DNA of 12,763 nt from Tubiluchus corallicola (Eukaryota; Animalia; Priapulida). This document shows, one piece after another, positions 9,384 to 12,763 of this stretch. The DNA is taken from contig JAQGDQ010002152.1 of NCBI GenBank assembly GCA_030141605.1, forward strand, positions 1-12,763. Reading direction: 5' to 3'. The notes beneath the pieces were generated by a model, which did not search any database, was not told where the DNA came from, and was given only the letters and a program-made list of their open reading frames with translations. Position 1 is the stretch's first letter, and every line of letters begins with the position of its first letter. The translations under genes were made by a program, and so were the position numbers.

Positions 9384-10233
9384 GCCTAGACAAAAGCACA
9401 CGCAGCTCATTTATTTATATCGGGTGGGGGAAAATATGCCGAAATTTAGACTACAGTAATGTCTGAAATAAGCACTTTGCAAAGTCAAAATTTGACGACT
9501 TTATACTGCTGTTCATTGGCTTTTAGTTGCGGAAGCTGCAAGTTAATAGCTTCAGCAGTTTTACAGTTATGACGGTAAAACTTTGCCATTTTAAACAAGA
9601 AAAAAATGCCTGAACAATGTTAGATAATCATGACTGAAAAATAGCCACGTCGAGGTATAAAGTGCTCGGTAGATGGCAGCAAAACAATAAAGGAATAAAC
9701 CTTTTTACGTCATGGTCTTCACCACAGAAAATAAAATATTGATAAATAAATTCAATTAAAATACAGAAAAAGATTTGTTGTAAAAGAATGGAACTGAATC
9801 CATGAATTAGGGAACCTGGAATTCCTAAAGAAACTGTATGAAGCTTCCACAGAGCCTTTTGATGAAGCGAAACTAAAGACAAAAATTGTTGAGTATTTGG
9901 AAAAAACATCTTAAAGAAGTGGGCACCCAAGCATGAAGTGATCGTGACTGTAAAGTGATTTTACTAATTACACGAGGCACTTATCACACGTTTATTACTA
10001 AATCCTTCTAACATTTTGTCTATCACACGATCATTTAAATAAGTCTAACCCACTAGAAGGCTTGACGTTCCTTTAAAACTCGACGGATTGTGCTGAGCGA
10101 TTGATAGAATTTGCCTATTATTTCCAAAGTAACTGTCTTATTACTCACAGTAAAACGAGATTAAACGAATTTCTCTGAAAATAGCATGCAAAAAGCTTTT
10201 GAATAAAACGCAGTATTAAAATTCCTACCAATA

Positions 10234-10862
10234 TTTTTTTTTATTATTAATTCTTTATTTGTCATAAAAATGGTTCACTCATTATACTAAAATTGAGTAA
10301 GCCTCAGCGTAATGTTAAGATAACAACACTGTTCAAGACAAATGCGTCCTGTGCATACTAAAAAAATTAGAGTGCAAAACTAAGGTCTAATTATATACGA
10401 TAAATGGACATATTTACAAACACCATATTAAAATATTTTTACAAAACAATATTACAAAAGTACATTAAATTTTACCTGACATATTTTACACTATATATCC
10501 ATTTGACATGACACAATTAACAGAAACATGCTTTACATTACATAAATTTCACTCATTACATTTACACTATTTATAAATTTGACATTAAAAAAACTAACAT
10601 AACACATATTACATTACATTTTTTTTAAATTTTACATTCTTAATCGTTTTATGGAGTCAGGGGCGGGGGTAGATGAAAGTTGAGTCTCTGTAATTAGTAT
10701 CTGAAGCATAATCTGGATGTTGAAACCTATTCTATTGATATTCTTTTAATTTCTTTTTAAAGTGGCGGAGAGATTCTATTTGTTTTATTTCACTGGGTAG
10801 TAAGTTCCATAAATGTATGGCTTGTATTGATATAGACTTATTTCCAAATTTATTGTGTACTG
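10234..10862 (-). mobile_element. 5'-truncated CR1/L2-group LINE: ORF2 C-terminus, 3' UTR and A-rich tail
   Basis: 10860-10732 translates as VHNKFGNKSISIQAIHLWNLLPSEIKQIESLRHFKKKLKEYQ*, the WNxLP...IK...SL..FK..LK C-terminal signature of CR1/L2-group ORF2. An AT-rich UTR follows, then AATAAA (10259-10254) and an A9 run (10242-10234). The link between UTR and tail is inferred. Confidence 0.8.
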
Positions 10863-11176
10863 CAGGGATGTGCAAATTATCTGACTAGCCGGGCCACATT
10901 AAACTTTTCCGCAATTCCTGCGGGCCACAGGCAGTTTGATCAAGGAGCCAAGTACAGAAAGGCCTAATAATGATGTTTTTGCACCCGACCTGCGTACATC
11001 ATTACTACTACACTCAAGAAACTATTTTAGAAGTTATTAAAATGTATATTACAAAACATATATTTCTACTTTCAGGACAGATAGTGGTAATTTCATTACT
11101 ATGCATATTAGTAATGTGTATCACACAGTTTGTGTAGTACAGTGTTATCAAGCTACAACCAATTTGCACATCCCTT
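10863..11176. mobile_element. hAT-like MITE (314 bp) with 15-bp perfect TIR core
   Basis: AGGGATGTGCAAATT (10864-10878) is the exact reverse complement of AATTTGCACATCCCT (11161-11175). The left end starts CAGGG as in Charlie-type hAT elements. Subterminal CGGGCCACA occurs twice (10890, 10921). No clean 8-bp TSD. Confidence 0.75.
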
Positions 11177-11408
11177 ACACGTACACAGCCTTTGTACCAG
11201 CTGGTCTGTTTGTATAAACGATCTATTAGTCGTAATGTAGTTTTTTGGCTTGTAGTGTCGTGCACCACCTAATTAGTTAATCGATTTTATAATAAAAATT
11301 TGAAAACTGCTAATACTTTAAATTTGTTTTGTTTCTAATGAATTAAAGTTTTAAGAAAGGATAGACAAGTGAGAAATGGAAGTAGCTGTAATTCATGGCA
11401 GTGTATAT

Positions 11409-11466
11409 AGCCGAGTAGTCACGCCTAGCTGAAGTTAAGCAACATTAATGTGGATGGGTGACTGCC
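11409..11466 (+). mobile_element. Degenerate tRNA-A-box plus 5S-derived SINE-like element (copy 2)
   Basis: AGCCGAGTAGTCACG (11409-11423), GAAGTTAAGCAACAT (11431-11445; 5S box A region) and TGGATGGGTGACTGCC (11451-11466; 5S box C region). Internally deleted relative to 5S rRNA. Confidence 0.7.
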
Positions 11467-11824
11467 TTCAGAGCTCACTGTGTACTATTTATCTTCTGGT
11501 CCCGTAGAAGGAAGGTATCCAGTGGAAGGTATATATCTTCAGGTCCCGCATAATGGAAACCCAGGTAAATTACCTCGCATATAAGGGGCCCTATGATCAA
11601 AGCGAAATTGATCAAATTTTAACCTCAATTTTTCGCAAACCCGGTCTTCGAACGGCTCGGTTTCCGCTGTCACATACACCTCGCATCACTGAAGGAGCTT
11701 CCTACATACCGTTTGCACTGAATGTGTAACAATAACCCATAAAAATATGGGTACAGGTCTAGATACACCCTCGGTCTGACTCAACTTCGGTTATAAGGGA
11801 CGATCTTTTCTGGTTCTGAGGCTA

Positions 11825-12003
11825 ATTAAGTTAAAAGTACCATCAGATGTACCTAAAATGTTCCAGTTGCACTCTAAGAGCTATTCTTTAATGAATTAAA
11901 AGTACCATCAGTTGTACCTAAAATGTTCTAGTTGCACTTTAAGAGCTATTCCTTAATGAAGTTAAAAGTACCATCAGGTCTATCCCAAATGTTGTAGATG
12001 CAT
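11825..12003. repeat. 65-66 bp tandem repeat, about 2.7 copies
   Basis: TTAAAAGTACCATCAG starts at 11831, 11896 and 11962. The first two units continue TGTACCTAAAATGTTC.AGTTGCACT.TAAGAGCTATTC; the third is diverged. Confidence 0.92.
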
Positions 12004-12185
12004 TATGGATCTGGAAGCCACCTGGATGGTTCAATAAGCTTTTAAAGAGTTCTTAGCATTATTATTAAGCTGGTATGTTAGTATATTATATGCTGGTTTC
12101 TCTCTAGTATTTAACAACCAGTCAGCAGGTGGATCAAACACATATGTTTCAGACGTTGTGTGACGATCTCTCTATAAGAACAAAA

Positions 12186-12258
12186 ATGAACAGTAAAACG
12201 TTGATTGTTTGGTTGCTTGTCGCCACGTTGTTAAACAACTGTGTGGATGTGGTAAATG
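12186..12258 (+). CDS. Candidate first coding exon of a secreted or membrane protein (signal peptide MNSKTLIVWLLVATLLNNCVDVVNG)
   Basis: A-rich context CAAAA-ATG (12186). Basic n-region, hydrophobic core and V-N-G (-3,-1) cleavage pattern. Perfect donor G|GTAAGT (12259-12264) in phase 1. Upstream acceptor TGTTTCAG| (12152) defines a 106-nt exon at 12153-12258. Confidence 0.65.
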
Positions 12259-12388
12259 GTAAGTGGATTTTTCAAGTTTTATACATTTTCACTTATGCTC
12301 TGCTAAATGCTTTATTGTGATCATAGCAAAGGTCTAATTGCAGATATCACAAAAAAATCGGTATTTTAAAAACATTGAATTGAAAATG

Positions 12389-12763
<375 letters not shown>

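Noticed and set aside
10863-10884. Extension of the LINE ORF2 frame (SDNLHIP)
   Set aside because: These bases are the left TIR of the hAT-like MITE, with a perfect partner at 11161-11175, so the open frame is probably coincidental.
11409-11466. Functional 5S rRNA gene
   Set aside because: The 5S 5' end is missing, the box A to box C interval is deleted, and there is no 3' end or T-run terminator. The same applies to the more decayed copy at 3360.
11831-12003. Relationship between the two approximately 66-bp tandem arrays
   Set aside because: Same period but no sequence similarity on either strand that I could see.

Overview
AT-rich eukaryotic (animal, probably invertebrate) intronic or intergenic DNA with no prokaryotic genes and no CRISPR. 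Almost all ORFs in the track are artefacts of simple repeats. The window is a mosaic of four large microsatellites, a 66-bp minisatellite with a 264-bp higher-order structure, a probable solo LTR, two TTAA-flanked Kolobok/T2-like MITEs, a hAT-like MITE, a piggyBac-like remnant, several LINE remnants (two GVPQG RT motifs and a CR1/L2-type ORF2 C-terminus with 3' UTR) and two copies of a putative tRNA-A-box plus 5S-rRNA composite SINE. The only credible host coding sequence is a signal-peptide exon at 12186-12258. The most interesting observation is that the minisatellite unit, read on the minus strand, looks like a tandemly amplified tRNA-like Pol III head. It matches the SINE at 3360 at 23/30 nt without gaps, and its last unit is split by the solo LTR. 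I see no convincing evidence of a new protein-coding system. All family assignments come from pattern recognition and need database confirmation.
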